Shown: positions 9,649-19,628 of the stretch, piece after piece | Numbering within the stretch: the stretch's first letter is position 1 | Layout of the letters: each line of letters opens with the position of its first letter | Source of the DNA: Candidatus Hermodarchaeota archaeon | Lineage (GTDB): Archaea; Asgardarchaeota; Lokiarchaeia; Sigyniarchaeales; SOKP01 | DNA: 64,000 nucleotides | Direction: 5' to 3' | Assembly (NCBI GenBank): GCA_048885535.1 | Contig: JBHLLO010000010.1 | Coordinates: 1-64,000, forward strand | Notes under the pieces: generated by a model | Told to the model about the DNA's origin: nothing | What the model saw: only the letters and a program-made list of their open reading frames with translations | Database searches by the model: none | Made by a program: the position numbers and the translations under genes

Positions 9649-10968
9649 ATGAATACAAAAATTAATCCGATTAAATCCCTAAATGGAGAGATAATTGCTC
9701 CCCCTTCTAAAAGTTATTCACATCGTGTATTTATAGCCGCTAGTTTAGCTGAAGGGATTTCAATTATTAAAAATCCTTTGACGGTTGGAGATGTAGGAAT
9801 TACTATTGAAATATTAAAAAAATTGGGAACTAGAATCGTAAAGGTAGGAAATAATACTTATATGGTTAAGAGAATTGAAAAAAATCTTAAAAGGAGTGAA
9901 GACGTGTTAGATTGTAAAAACTCTGGTACTTCTATAAGAATTTTTAGTGTTTTATCGCTTTTAATTGAAGGTGGCCTTTCATTTACGGGTGATTTCCTTA
10001 AAAAGGAAAGACCTATTCGTCCCCTTTTAGAATCCTTAAATGAATTAGGTGCTAAATATAAATTATCAGAAAACATCTTATCTATCAAGAGAGTTAATAA
10101 TAATTGTAATATCATTAGGATACCAGGAGACATAAGTTCACAGTTTATAACTTCTCTATTAATGATATGCCCTATATTAAATTGTGAAAATAAAGAATAT
10201 ATAACAATTGAAGTGATCAGTCCTATTATCTCATATCCTTATATAGAAATTACTAAATATGTTTTAGACTCGTTTGGAATAAATGTTTTAGAGGACTTGA
10301 ATCATGAAAAAGTTGGAAGATATTATATTAATAGCCCTCAAAGTTATAGAACACAAATATTTGAGATCCCTGGAGATTTTTCCTCCATAGCAAATATAAT
10401 AGCTGCTACAATCCTAGCACCTGAAGATTCCAGAGTAGTTATCCATGGCTTAAATTTTGAAAAACCACAAGGTGATAGAAAAATAATAGAAATACTATGT
10501 AAAATGGGGGCGAATATTAAAATTGAACCAAAAGAAAATCAGATAATTATTTATGGGAATCGAAATAAATTTGTTTTAAAAGGAATAGACATAGACATTC
10601 AAGATAATCCTGATTTATTTCCTATATTATCTGTTGTTGGAGCATTTGCGAAAGGTAAAACAACTTTATATAATGGCACCAACCTTGAAATGAAAGAAAG
10701 TGACCGAATCTCTGTAGTTACTGAATTACTGACGAAAATGGGAGTTAAAGTTAAACAAGAAAGGCATAAATTAACTGTCTATCATTGTGAAAAATTGAAA
10801 GGTTCAATAATGAATCATGAACAAGATCATAGAATTGCTATGGCTTTTATAATAGCGTCACTATATGCGGAGTCTAGTTCTCAAATCAAAAATATCAATA
10901 TAGTAGCGGATTCTTATCCCAATTTCCTTGTGGATCTGAATAAATTAGGGGCAAAAATAGAAAATTAA
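9649..10968 (+). CDS. aroA: 3-phosphoshikimate 1-carboxyvinyltransferase (EPSP synthase)
   Basis: PPSKSYSHR, NSGTSIR, SSQFITSLL, KESDR, DHRIAMA, SYPNF; start 9649 or 9631. Confidence 0.95.
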   Translation: MNTKINPIKSLNGEIIAPPSKSYSHRVFIAASLAEGISIIKNPLTVGDVGITIEILKKLGTRIVKVGNNTYMVKRIEKNLKRSEDVLDCKNSGTSIRIFSVLSLLIEGGLSFTGDFLKKERPIRPLLESLNELGAKYKLSENILSIKRVNNNCNIIRIPGDISSQFITSLLMICPILNCENKEYITIEVISPIISYPYIEITKYVLDSFGINVLEDLNHEKVGRYYINSPQSYRTQIFEIPGDFSSIANIIAATILAPEDSRVVIHGLNFEKPQGDRKIIEILCKMGANIKIEPKENQIIIYGNRNKFVLKGIDIDIQDNPDLFPILSVVGAFAKGKTTLYNGTNLEMKESDRISVVTELLTKMGVKVKQERHKLTVYHCEKLKGSIMNHEQDHRIAMAFIIASLYAESSSQIKNINIVADSYPNFLVDLNKLGAKIEN

Positions 10969-10976
10969 TAAGTTTA

Positions 10977-11393
10977 TTATCTAAATGATTTCTGTCTTCT
11001 TTTTCTTGCTTTTTTACCACCAAAATGTTTAGGTTCAATTCTTCTAGAATCTCCAGAAAGTAATGATTCATCATATTCTCTAAAAGCCTTTTCAATAGCT
11101 TTAGTATTTATAAATTTATAAATAGCTTTCGCAATTGCTATTCGTGTTGCATCTGTTTGACCCATTTTTCCGCCACCCTTTACTTCAACTCTAATATCAC
11201 ATTTTTTTATCTTTGGATGCTCTATGACTTCTAAAACTTCTTGGATTCTTAATCTAGCAATTTCAGGTTCATAAGCTTCTAATGGTATATTATTGATTTT
11301 TATCTGGCCTTTAGCAGGAAACCTTAATACGGCTCTTGCTATAGCAGTTTTCCTTTTTCCTGAGGATTGCACAATTTTAGTTTTTTCAGACAT
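10977..11393 (-). CDS. rps9: 30S ribosomal protein S9 (uS9)
   Basis: SGKRKTAIARA, VKGGGKMGQ, EPKHFGGKKARKRRQKSFR. Confidence 0.97.
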   Translation of the reverse strand: MSEKTKIVQSSGKRKTAIARAVLRFPAKGQIKINNIPLEAYEPEIARLRIQEVLEVIEHPKIKKCDIRVEVKGGGKMGQTDATRIAIAKAIYKFINTKAIEKAFREYDESLLSGDSRRIEPKHFGGKKARKRRQKSFR

Positions 11394-11395
11394 GT

Positions 11396-11869
11396 TTATT
11401 GAACCTTTACTTCTTTATTTTCCCATCCAAGTCGTGAACATAAGTTTTCTAAGGTAATGTATCTATTATAATAAGAAAGGCGTCTCTTATCTGCATTAGG
11501 TATCTCCATTGGAGTTAACTTTTGGTATCTTTTTTGAAAGCGCTCTGGAATGTCGCTAACATAAACGTGTACTCTCTTAATAGCATCTTTTCCTCGTATT
11601 TTCTTCCTAGGTAACATTTTTTTAATCACTTTTCTCATGAAAGTATCAGGTTTTCTTGGCCAAAATGGACCACGAGTAGGATTGGTAGCAGTACTAATAT
11701 TTAATTTGTCCAAATACTTATTATGAATATTACTCTTAGTTCCGCTAACTATTGCGTATTTAGCATTGAAAATCACTACTTTTTCTCCAAGCAAGACTTT
11801 TTTTGCTACCTGACTGCAAAAGCGACCTAATATTTTATCTTTAGCATCTAACAATAAATATTCCTGCAT
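11396..11869 (-). CDS. rpl13: 50S ribosomal protein L13 (uL13)
   Basis: LDAKDKILGRFCSQVAK, NPTRGPFWPRKP, KMLPRK; adjacent to S9. Confidence 0.97.
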   Translation of the reverse strand: MQEYLLLDAKDKILGRFCSQVAKKVLLGEKVVIFNAKYAIVSGTKSNIHNKYLDKLNISTATNPTRGPFWPRKPDTFMRKVIKKMLPRKKIRGKDAIKRVHVYVSDIPERFQKRYQKLTPMEIPNADKRRLSYYNRYITLENLCSRLGWENKEVKVQ

Positions 11870-11893
11870 TTCGATTCACTTCTTAATTGAATT

Positions 11894-12250
11894 TTAATAA
11901 AATACTTTAACATCTTTCCCTTCAGGATTTTGTTCCAATAATTCTTCGATAGATACGATCTTACTCCCTGAATTTTCAATTTTTTTCTGTGCTGGCTTTG
12001 AACAATCTAAGCAAGCAATTGTTATTTTATGATTTAAATCTCCAACTCCTAAAACTTTTCCTGGGACTACGATCACATCATTTTCCTTAGTCTTTTTGTT
12101 AATTCTATATAAATTTGCTTCTATACGATTTCTTCTTGGACCGGATAACTTTTTTGAGATTTTTTTCCAAATTCGTCTCTTAGTCTTCCTTAAATCTCTG
12201 ATTAGTTTTCTGTTGTAATAATTTGAAGGACCTGTAACTCTATGACTCAT
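11894..12250 (-). CDS. rpl18e: 50S ribosomal protein L18e (eL18)
   Basis: NLYRIN, VVPGKVLGVG, KIENSG, NPEGKDV; conserved gene order. Confidence 0.95.
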   Translation of the reverse strand: MSHRVTGPSNYYNRKLIRDLRKTKRRIWKKISKKLSGPRRNRIEANLYRINKKTKENDVIVVPGKVLGVGDLNHKITIACLDCSKPAQKKIENSGSKIVSIEELLEQNPEGKDVKVFY

Positions 12251-12326
12251 TTTTGTAAATACTTTCTTATTAATTCGTAAAATATGGGATGTAAAATTTA
12301 GGATATTATAATAAATTTTTGATTGA

Positions 12327-13166
12327 TTAAGATTCTATTTCAAGTTCCTCTAATTTAGTAATAAATTCATTAATTTTTTCGTCAAATATCTCAAAACTTT
12401 TCTTAATTATAATATTGAAAGGTAGCATTCCGTCACTTTCTATTGAAAATATGTATGAATTTTCTTTATGACGTACTGTGATTTTCTTATCAGAATTTTT
12501 CTCACATGATTGACAGAAATTACACGTTTTCCAATAGTCCTCCTTTATTTTCAATGTATTTTTGGATGTTAACTCAAAAAGTTTTTCAGGGCACATTCTC
12601 ACAATTAATTTTTTTTGCTCTACATCCTTTAAATCATTTTCATTGAATTCCACAATAGGATAATACCTGAAGGCGACATTTGAAACTGCTTGCCATTTAG
12701 CATGATCTCTTGCAATTCCTAATATAGCATAGGCTTCTAAAATCACCTGGTTGTTTTTATCAATCTTTACTAATGGAATATTTTGATCTACAGGAATTAT
12801 CTTAGGATCATTTGACTTTAAATCTCCTGAATAAATATCTATTGGAGTATTAGTTGTATTTGTAATTTCTAAAGTTAATGAGACTTGGCAAAGTGGACAG
12901 CCATAACCCGAGCATTCACAGGAATTTGGAAGTTTATATGCATCTAAGTCTGTGCTAAGAGGGATTAATCCAATTCTGTGAGCTAGAATCTCATCATAAA
13001 GAGGGCTATCGTTTTTAAGGATTATAACCTCATCCACTGCCATAACTGGAATTTCTGTTAATATAATTCGCCGTAATGCATTAACCATTTCAATGGAAAT
13101 CCCTTCAATTACAAATATTAATTCATGTGGTGTCTGTTCAATTACATTAAGATTTAATGGGCTCAT
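12327..13166 (-). CDS. rpoD: DNA-directed RNA polymerase subunit D (Rpo3)
   Basis: NALRRIILTEIP, DEILAHRIGLIPL, Cys4 loop, HAKW, ferredoxin-like insert. Confidence 0.97.
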   Translation of the reverse strand: MSPLNLNVIEQTPHELIFVIEGISIEMVNALRRIILTEIPVMAVDEVIILKNDSPLYDEILAHRIGLIPLSTDLDAYKLPNSCECSGYGCPLCQVSLTLEITNTTNTPIDIYSGDLKSNDPKIIPVDQNIPLVKIDKNNQVILEAYAILGIARDHAKWQAVSNVAFRYYPIVEFNENDLKDVEQKKLIVRMCPEKLFELTSKNTLKIKEDYWKTCNFCQSCEKNSDKKITVRHKENSYIFSIESDGMLPFNIIIKKSFEIFDEKINEFITKLEELEIES

Positions 13167-13269
13167 CGTTTTAATAACTCAAAAGGATAATATTAGTTTA
13201 AGAATATATTTTCAAATACGTAATTTAAGATAAATTTTTCTATTCTTAAAAAAAGAAGAATAATATAAA

Positions 13270-14598
13270 TCAATAAAACTTGAAATATTCATATGCGATA
13301 TTTGGACTTTGGAAACAATATTTTACTTCCTGAAAATCCTGCCTGAATTCAGCAATTTCTTGTTTAACCTCTTTAGGATCCTTATTATCAATCAATATTT
13401 TTTTTATAAATTCAGCAATATCTTCCATCTCATTCTTTCCCATCCCAAGTCTAGTAACTTCGGAAGTTCCAATTCTCAACCCACCTGGATTTTGATAATG
13501 TCTACCCTGAGCAATGTCATATGGTAAAAGGTTTCGATTAAGGATTATATTTGCCTCTTCCAAAACTTTCTCTATATCTCCCCCTAGCCCAATTCTTTCC
13601 TGGAAATCTGTAATATCTACAACAATTTGATGAGATTCTGTAAAACCCTTATGTTCCATTAATACATTTATTCCACGCTCATATAAAGCTTGACCAAGAG
13701 TTTTTGCATTATTGATGACATTCATATGGTATTCTTTTCCAAATTCAAGCATCTCTGCCAATGCGATAGCTAATCCAGCTACATTATGCAGGTGATGATT
13801 AGAGAGAAGGGCAGGGAATGCACAAGATCTTAGGGTAGGAATTAAATCTTCTCTATTTGACACTAAAGCACCATGTTGAGGTCCTGGAAGCGTTTTATGT
13901 GTGCTCATTGTCATGGCATCTGCTCCTTCCCTTAATGGATCTTGAAAGAACCCTGATCCAATCAATCCTGCAACGTGGGCTGCATCATATCCTACATAAG
14001 CTCCAACTTCTTTGGCTACATCACCTAATTCTTGAACTGGATGAGGGAATAGAAATACTGAACCTCCAAATAAAACCAATTCTGGCTTGAACTCTCTAAT
14101 AATCTTTGCAGAAGCATCAATATCCAGATTCATCTCATCGTTATCAAAAGCAAGATATTCAACATTTAATCCCCTAGTTGTTCCAGCAGTGCCAAAAATC
14201 TCTCTCCCACTCTTTGCAAACCTAGGACCATGAGAAATATGTCCTCCTCTAACAATAGACATACAACACATCTTTCCATTATTATCTGATGTAAAAGCAT
14301 TATACATAGTTAAATTTGCAACGACCCCCGAAACAGGACGAACATCTGCATGAATAGATTTAAAATATTTATTAGCTAAATCCATACAAATATCTTCTAT
14401 TTTGTCTATATATTTACACCCAGCATATACACGTTCCCCACTCCATCCTTCAGCATATCGATGACTAAAATCACAACTACAAGCTTCATCTACTGCTGGG
14501 CTTGTAATATTCTCTGAAGCAATTAAGGGAATACTCTTTTTGAACCAATCATGATGTTCTAGTAATAAATTTCTAATTTCTTCAACTTTCTTTTTCAC
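13270..14598 (-). CDS. glyA: Serine hydroxymethyltransferase
   Basis: LIASEN, RYAEG, GGHISH, YDAAHV, STHKTLPGP (PLP lysine), GLRIGT. Confidence 0.97.
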   Translation of the reverse strand: MKKKVEEIRNLLLEHHDWFKKSIPLIASENITSPAVDEACSCDFSHRYAEGWSGERVYAGCKYIDKIEDICMDLANKYFKSIHADVRPVSGVVANLTMYNAFTSDNNGKMCCMSIVRGGHISHGPRFAKSGREIFGTAGTTRGLNVEYLAFDNDEMNLDIDASAKIIREFKPELVLFGGSVFLFPHPVQELGDVAKEVGAYVGYDAAHVAGLIGSGFFQDPLREGADAMTMSTHKTLPGPQHGALVSNREDLIPTLRSCAFPALLSNHHLHNVAGLAIALAEMLEFGKEYHMNVINNAKTLGQALYERGINVLMEHKGFTESHQIVVDITDFQERIGLGGDIEKVLEEANIILNRNLLPYDIAQGRHYQNPGGLRIGTSEVTRLGMGKNEMEDIAEFIKKILIDNKDPKEVKQEIAEFRQDFQEVKYCFQSPNIAYEYFKFY

Positions 14599-14813
14599 TT
14601 CTGATCCAACCTTCTAAATAGAATTTGAAATTGTTAAATTAATAATAAATCACCAATTTTTTTAAATCTTATCTCAAAATAAAAGATTTAATATATTTAT
14701 GCTATTAAAATGAAGGTTTTAACTTAAAATCGATCAACTTCTTTAAAAGTTTCTGAAATAATTAACAATTAAGTTAAGATTTTCAAGATCTAAATAAGAT
14801 GTGCTATTTTAGC

Positions 14814-15731
14814 TTAGCCTTTAGATTTCTCTAAAATCAGTCTTGCTTCATATAAATCTAATTTTTTACCAGCTTTTTGTTTTTCTAATGCTGTTGCTAG
14901 CTTTTCCTGTTTAATCTTTTCAAGTTCTATATCTTTCTTTGAAGGGGTTTTATAAGATTTCTTAGCTCCTTTTCCTTTTTTATAGGATTTTTTACTTCTT
15001 GAAAAATTCCGTTTATAATTCATTAACTTTAAGAATTGTTCATGATAAGTATCAGCCTTTTTTTTATTTTCAATCAATTTTTCTTCCTCCTGTCTTTTTT
15101 TATTTTTTAATTCTTTTGTTAATTGATAGCATTCATTCATTTTTGCGTGATATTTCTGAGATTTATTAGACCATTTATTAAGTTGCTCGTATATTTTACT
15201 TAAATTAATTTTAACAATCTGTATTTTCCTTTCTAACTTAAATAAATCAGAATTTTGTTGCTCAGCTAAATAATCTTGCTTTATTTTTGCTAATTCTCTT
15301 ATCTTATCAACAATCGCATTCTCTTCAGAAATATTCAAGTTTTCGGTTTCAATTCTCCTTTCCATATTGCTTATTTTACTTTCAATTTGCTTAATCGAAA
15401 CAAATTTTGAGTTAATTTTTATCTGATTAGTTGATTTCTGTAATTTTTTTTTTTCTTCCGTAAGCTTGTCTGAAATCTTTATATATTCAATTTTTTTTTC
15501 TTTTAACTTTTTAACTTTGCTATTCCAATAATCTCTTTTATTTTTATAATCATTTTTTGCTAATTGTAAATATCGTTTAATTTGATTGTCAATTTCCTGT
15601 AAATCATTTATAAAATCTTTAGTTTTTTTATTTAAATCATCTCTCTTCTTCTTAAATTCTTCAATTTGGTCTTGAAGTTCTTTAAAGGAAAGACTAGACG
15701 GTTGAGAGAATTCAGATTTTTCACTACTCAT
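14814..15731 (-). CDS. Archaeal coiled-coil protein (COG1340-like)
   Basis: Long heptad K/E-rich helices, IETENLNISEENAIVDKI, C-terminal AGKKLDLYE; ATG at 15731 likelier than 15830. Confidence 0.75.
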   Translation of the reverse strand: MSSEKSEFSQPSSLSFKELQDQIEEFKKKRDDLNKKTKDFINDLQEIDNQIKRYLQLAKNDYKNKRDYWNSKVKKLKEKKIEYIKISDKLTEEKKKLQKSTNQIKINSKFVSIKQIESKISNMERRIETENLNISEENAIVDKIRELAKIKQDYLAEQQNSDLFKLERKIQIVKINLSKIYEQLNKWSNKSQKYHAKMNECYQLTKELKNKKRQEEEKLIENKKKADTYHEQFLKLMNYKRNFSRSKKSYKKGKGAKKSYKTPSKKDIELEKIKQEKLATALEKQKAGKKLDLYEARLILEKSKG

Positions 15732-15986
15732 AAATAATTCATTAAAGAGGATGTATAAAAAGATTTGATTGATTAAGTAATTCAAGCTTACATATATTTT
15801 ATAGTTTTGGTATAAATCCTCCTTAATCATTTAAGGTATCATTAATAATTACAATTCTGTAAATTTTTTAAAAAAAAATCATAGATCATTGTTCTTATTG
15901 AAATAAAATTGATAAAATCGATTTTTATTAAAGAATAAAATCATTAAATTATATTTAGCATAATTGAAAATTAAACACAAAGTATC

Positions 15987-16853
15987 ATGAACTCAGAGTT
16001 AATAAATGAAAACGATTTAATCTTATTAGTTCTCGATGAAAGAAGGAAATGGTTAGTTAAAGTTAAGGCAGGAGATCAATTCCATACTCATAAAGGGATA
16101 ATTTATTTTAATGATGTTATTGGAAAACCATATGGTTCTATCATATTTTCAAAGCCGCATGAAACTCAGGGCTATAAATTCTATATATTGCGACCTTTAC
16201 CCTCTGATTATGTTCATCATATGAGACGCAAAACACAAATAATATACCCAGAAGATGCTGGATTAATTTTGATTTATACAGGAATAGGACCTGGGAGTCG
16301 AGTTATTGAAGCTGGTTGTGGCTCAGGAGCCTTAACATGTATTTTAGCTAATTATATTCGCCCGAATGGACATATTTACTCATATGATATTAATAAATCT
16401 CATATAAACAGAGCTATTAAAAATATTGAAAGAACGCAATTACAGGAATTTGTTACAATTCAATATGGTGATATATTAAATGATGATTTTGATTATAGAG
16501 AAATAGATTCTGTGGTTCTAGATATGCCACAACCTTGGATGGCTGTTGAAAAAGTAAGATCTTATTTAAAGTTGAGTGGTACTCTTGTCTCATTTTCACC
16601 AACAATAGAACAGGTCAAAAAAACTACATTCTCCCTTAAAGGTAACCATTTTTTTGACATAAAAACATTTGAACTTATAAAAAGAGAAATGCAAGTAAAG
16701 GAGAATGCAACGAGACCTATGACAAGAATGGTTGGCCACACTGGTTATATGACTTTTGCTAGAAAAATTCAGAAAGCGAAAAATTCCTATCGTGAAAGAA
16801 TCCCTGTTAAAAAAGAATTTATTGATCTTGACGGAATGCCATTAAGGGGGTAA
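15987..16853 (+). CDS. trmI: tRNA (adenine-N1)-methyltransferase
   Basis: FHTHKG, RKTQIIYPED, IEAGCGSGALT, LDMPQPW, FSPTIEQV, VGHTGY. Confidence 0.95.
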   Translation: MNSELINENDLILLVLDERRKWLVKVKAGDQFHTHKGIIYFNDVIGKPYGSIIFSKPHETQGYKFYILRPLPSDYVHHMRRKTQIIYPEDAGLILIYTGIGPGSRVIEAGCGSGALTCILANYIRPNGHIYSYDINKSHINRAIKNIERTQLQEFVTIQYGDILNDDFDYREIDSVVLDMPQPWMAVEKVRSYLKLSGTLVSFSPTIEQVKKTTFSLKGNHFFDIKTFELIKREMQVKENATRPMTRMVGHTGYMTFARKIQKAKNSYRERIPVKKEFIDLDGMPLRG

Positions 16854-16859
16854 AAAGGA

Positions 16860-17198
16860 ATGGAGGTTGATTATACTTTTTTTTCCAAATTAGATATGAG
16901 AGTAGGATTAGTTAATAGCTGTGAGAAGGTAGAAAAATCAAAGAATTTATATAAATTATTAGTTGATTGTGGTGATGCAGGGATAAAACAAATAATTACG
17001 GGTATAGCAAACTATTATTCTTCAGATCAGTTGGTAAATAAAAAAATTGTAATATTAGTTAACTTAAAACCAAAAATCATTATGGGTCTTAAAAGTGAAG
17101 GAATGCTATTAGCTGCTGATGTTAATGGCGAACCATTTTTACTAAAAATTGAAGAAAGGGAAGGAAGACTAGTACCTCCAGGAAGTAAAATTAAATAA
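16860..17198 (+). CDS. Stand-alone tRNA-binding OB-fold protein (Trbp111/CsaA/MetRS C-terminal family)
   Basis: FSKLDMRVG, NLKP, SEGMLLAA, PPGSKIK; 6 bp after trmI. Confidence 0.9.
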   Translation: MEVDYTFFSKLDMRVGLVNSCEKVEKSKNLYKLLVDCGDAGIKQIITGIANYYSSDQLVNKKIVILVNLKPKIIMGLKSEGMLLAADVNGEPFLLKIEEREGRLVPPGSKIK

Positions 17199-17618
17199 CT
17201 AAAAGCCTTTCAATTTCACACCTGTTTGGAACTCCTTTTTTTTCTTAAACCTTTCAGTTTTAAAGAAGTGTTTCTTCTTCTCGGGCAATATATTAATATA
17301 TTTCCGTAAGATATCTTCTACAAATTCTTTTGTAAACTTATTAGGTATCTTATTGGGATCACTAAGAGATGCTAAAATTTCTTTATTTTTTGAATCTGGT
17401 GAAAGCCCCAAATTTTTAATCGGAATATGAAATGAGTGGATGAACCATCCTACTTTTTTTTCATCATGAGCAATTACTCTCAGAATGTTCTCTTGTTCTT
17501 TTCGTATTTTTATATCAAGTAATTTTTTCCCCGATCGAACAAGAATAGATGCGTAAATAGGGATATTACTCTTTGGATCATGAAGCTTTTTGTATAACTT
17601 CTTTAATTTCTCACTCAT
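17199..17618 (-). CDS. Basic hypothetical protein
   Basis: 139-aa ORF abutting the convergent neighbour; no motif recognised. Confidence 0.65.
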   Translation of the reverse strand: MSEKLKKLYKKLHDPKSNIPIYASILVRSGKKLLDIKIRKEQENILRVIAHDEKKVGWFIHSFHIPIKNLGLSPDSKNKEILASLSDPNKIPNKFTKEFVEDILRKYINILPEKKKHFFKTERFKKKKEFQTGVKLKGF

Positions 17619-17784
17619 TCTATTTCAAATTATAAGTTATGTAATTAGAATGTTAATATAATCTAATTAAGAATGATAAATAAACTTACCAATTATTTCT
17701 ATTGTTAAGAACCTTGTTTTCATTCTAATAAAGATGAAAAATATTCGTAATAAATTTATATTACAAATTTTTCTAAATATTACT

Positions 17785-18207
17785 ATGCCAGTCCAATTAA
17801 AGGTATTTGAGATAAATACTAAACCTTTTTGTGATATAATAAATATAACCTCTCAAGTTCAAACTATAATTAACGAGAGTCGATTAAATAACGGAATAGT
17901 TACTGTTCATGTGGGGGGATCAACTGGAGCAATCACAACCACTGAATATGAACCAGGTTTAGTTAAGCATGATATTGAAGAACTCTTAGAGAATTTAATT
18001 CCTTATAAAAAGAGTTATCAACATCATAAAACATGGGGGGACCATAATGGAGCAGGGCACTTAAGGAGTCTTCTTCTTAAAACCTCTCAAACATTTCCAT
18101 TTCATAATAAAAGAATAATCTTAGGTACTTGGCAACAAATTATTTTCTGTGAATTTGATGAAAAACCTCGAAATCGAAGAATTTATTGTCAAATAATTGG
18201 TGAGTGA
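17785..18207 (+). CDS. yjbQ: YjbQ / UPF0047 family protein
   Basis: STGAITTTEYEPG, DHNGAGHLRS, LGTWQQI, EFD; ATG at 17785 preferred over 17734. Confidence 0.9.
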   Translation: MPVQLKVFEINTKPFCDIINITSQVQTIINESRLNNGIVTVHVGGSTGAITTTEYEPGLVKHDIEELLENLIPYKKSYQHHKTWGDHNGAGHLRSLLLKTSQTFPFHNKRIILGTWQQIIFCEFDEKPRNRRIYCQIIGE

Positions 18208-18215
18208 TTAAAAGT

Positions 18216-18425
18216 CTATTTTTTTTTAAGTAATGAATTGAACTCATTAACTAACAGATTATAGATTTCTCTACGACGTATATCTATCATTTTAAGGATT
18301 GTATAATGACAATCTTCGATCTTATTTTTAAAGAGTGGTATTTTTCTTATAACATTATCAAATCGATTTTTTTGATTAATCTGATATTTTAAAAACTCTA
18401 AAAACTTATTTTTTTCCTCAATCAT
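18216..18425 (-). CDS. Small hypothetical protein
   Basis: 69-aa ORF with SD-like GAGGT upstream of the ATG. Confidence 0.5.
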   Translation of the reverse strand: MIEEKNKFLEFLKYQINQKNRFDNVIRKIPLFKNKIEDCHYTILKMIDIRRREIYNLLVNEFNSLLKKK

Positions 18426-18678
18426 TTAAATTAACCTCAAAAGTTATTATGAGAATACATAACCAAACCCAATTAAAAATAGAAATATTATCCTTAAGTC
18501 ATTGAAATGTCATTCTTAGGTTATTAGAGTATTATTTAAGAATTACTGGAATATTATTTTAAATTCCTTTTGATTAACATAAGGTTAAAAATAATGATTT
18601 TCACTTTCTAATAAATATTTATAGATTAGTATAAATAACTCATATTTTATATATTCATAGAAATAACGAATTGAATCG

Positions 18679-19611
18679 ATGATGGAACATCTTGTAAAAA
18701 TTATTGTTGCTGGATTAGATAATGCAGGTAAAACTTCAATTTTAACAGCTTTAGATAAGAAATATGATTTTCATAAGGATATAATTTCACTCACTCCCAC
18801 TATTCGAGTAGAATATCATGCCACTGAATTCTTAGGACAACGGGTGATCTTTTGGGATTGTGGTGGTCAACAAAAGTATAGAGAATTATATGAGAGAAAA
18901 CCAGACTTCTATTTTGATGGAACAGATTTACTCGTATATATTATTGATATACAGGATAAAGAAAGATATGAAAACTCTCTTGAATATTTAGAAAGAATAA
19001 TGGGATATTTTATAAAAAATAATATAGATGTTCCTCTGATAATTTCATTTCATAAATATGACCCAGAAATTAGAAATGGCGCCTTTTATATAGAAGAAAT
19101 AAGAAATTTAAGAGAAAAAGTTCTGGTGAAATACCCGAATCTTAAGATTTTATTTCAACAGACTTCAATATTTGACATAATCTCAATTATACAATTAGTA
19201 TCTTATGGACTATCTGTATTTGATGAGAAATTTTTTGAATTGTCAGAATTGCTTGAAAATTATCTGAATGAATTCAATTGTAAATCTTTAATTTTATTTG
19301 ATAAAAATGGAATTATTATAAGTGAATTTTATAGTCGTGAGATACAACCAGAGTACTATGTTGAATTATTAGAGTCTATTAAGGAACATCTATTTTTGCT
19401 TAAAAGAATGCAAGAAGAATCTTACGAAGCAGAATATAACCTCTCATCAAATGGCACTGGGTTATTATCATATCTACATCGACTAACAATTGGAAGAGAA
19501 TCATTATTTATTTCTGTCATTTTACAAGAAAATCAAAAAGATGATTTTTTAGAAAATTTTTCAGAATTTTTTACGAGATTGAAGGACCTACTAACCCCAA
19601 TTCTATCATAA
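18679..19611 (+). CDS. Rag/Arf-like small GTPase with C-terminal roadblock/longin-like domain
   Basis: G1 GLDNAGKTS, G2 PTIRVE, G3 WDCGGQ, G4 HKYD, G5 TSIFD; C-terminal SLILFDKNGIIIS. Confidence 0.9.
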   Translation: MMEHLVKIIVAGLDNAGKTSILTALDKKYDFHKDIISLTPTIRVEYHATEFLGQRVIFWDCGGQQKYRELYERKPDFYFDGTDLLVYIIDIQDKERYENSLEYLERIMGYFIKNNIDVPLIISFHKYDPEIRNGAFYIEEIRNLREKVLVKYPNLKILFQQTSIFDIISIIQLVSYGLSVFDEKFFELSELLENYLNEFNCKSLILFDKNGIIISEFYSREIQPEYYVELLESIKEHLFLLKRMQEESYEAEYNLSSNGTGLLSYLHRLTIGRESLFISVILQENQKDDFLENFSEFFTRLKDLLTPILS

Positions 19612-19628
19612 AGCACAGAATTAAACTC

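Noticed and set aside
12880-12930. RPB3-like Cys4 zinc loop in Rpo3 as a eukaryotic signature
   Set aside because: Similar Cys loops occur in other archaeal Rpo3 proteins
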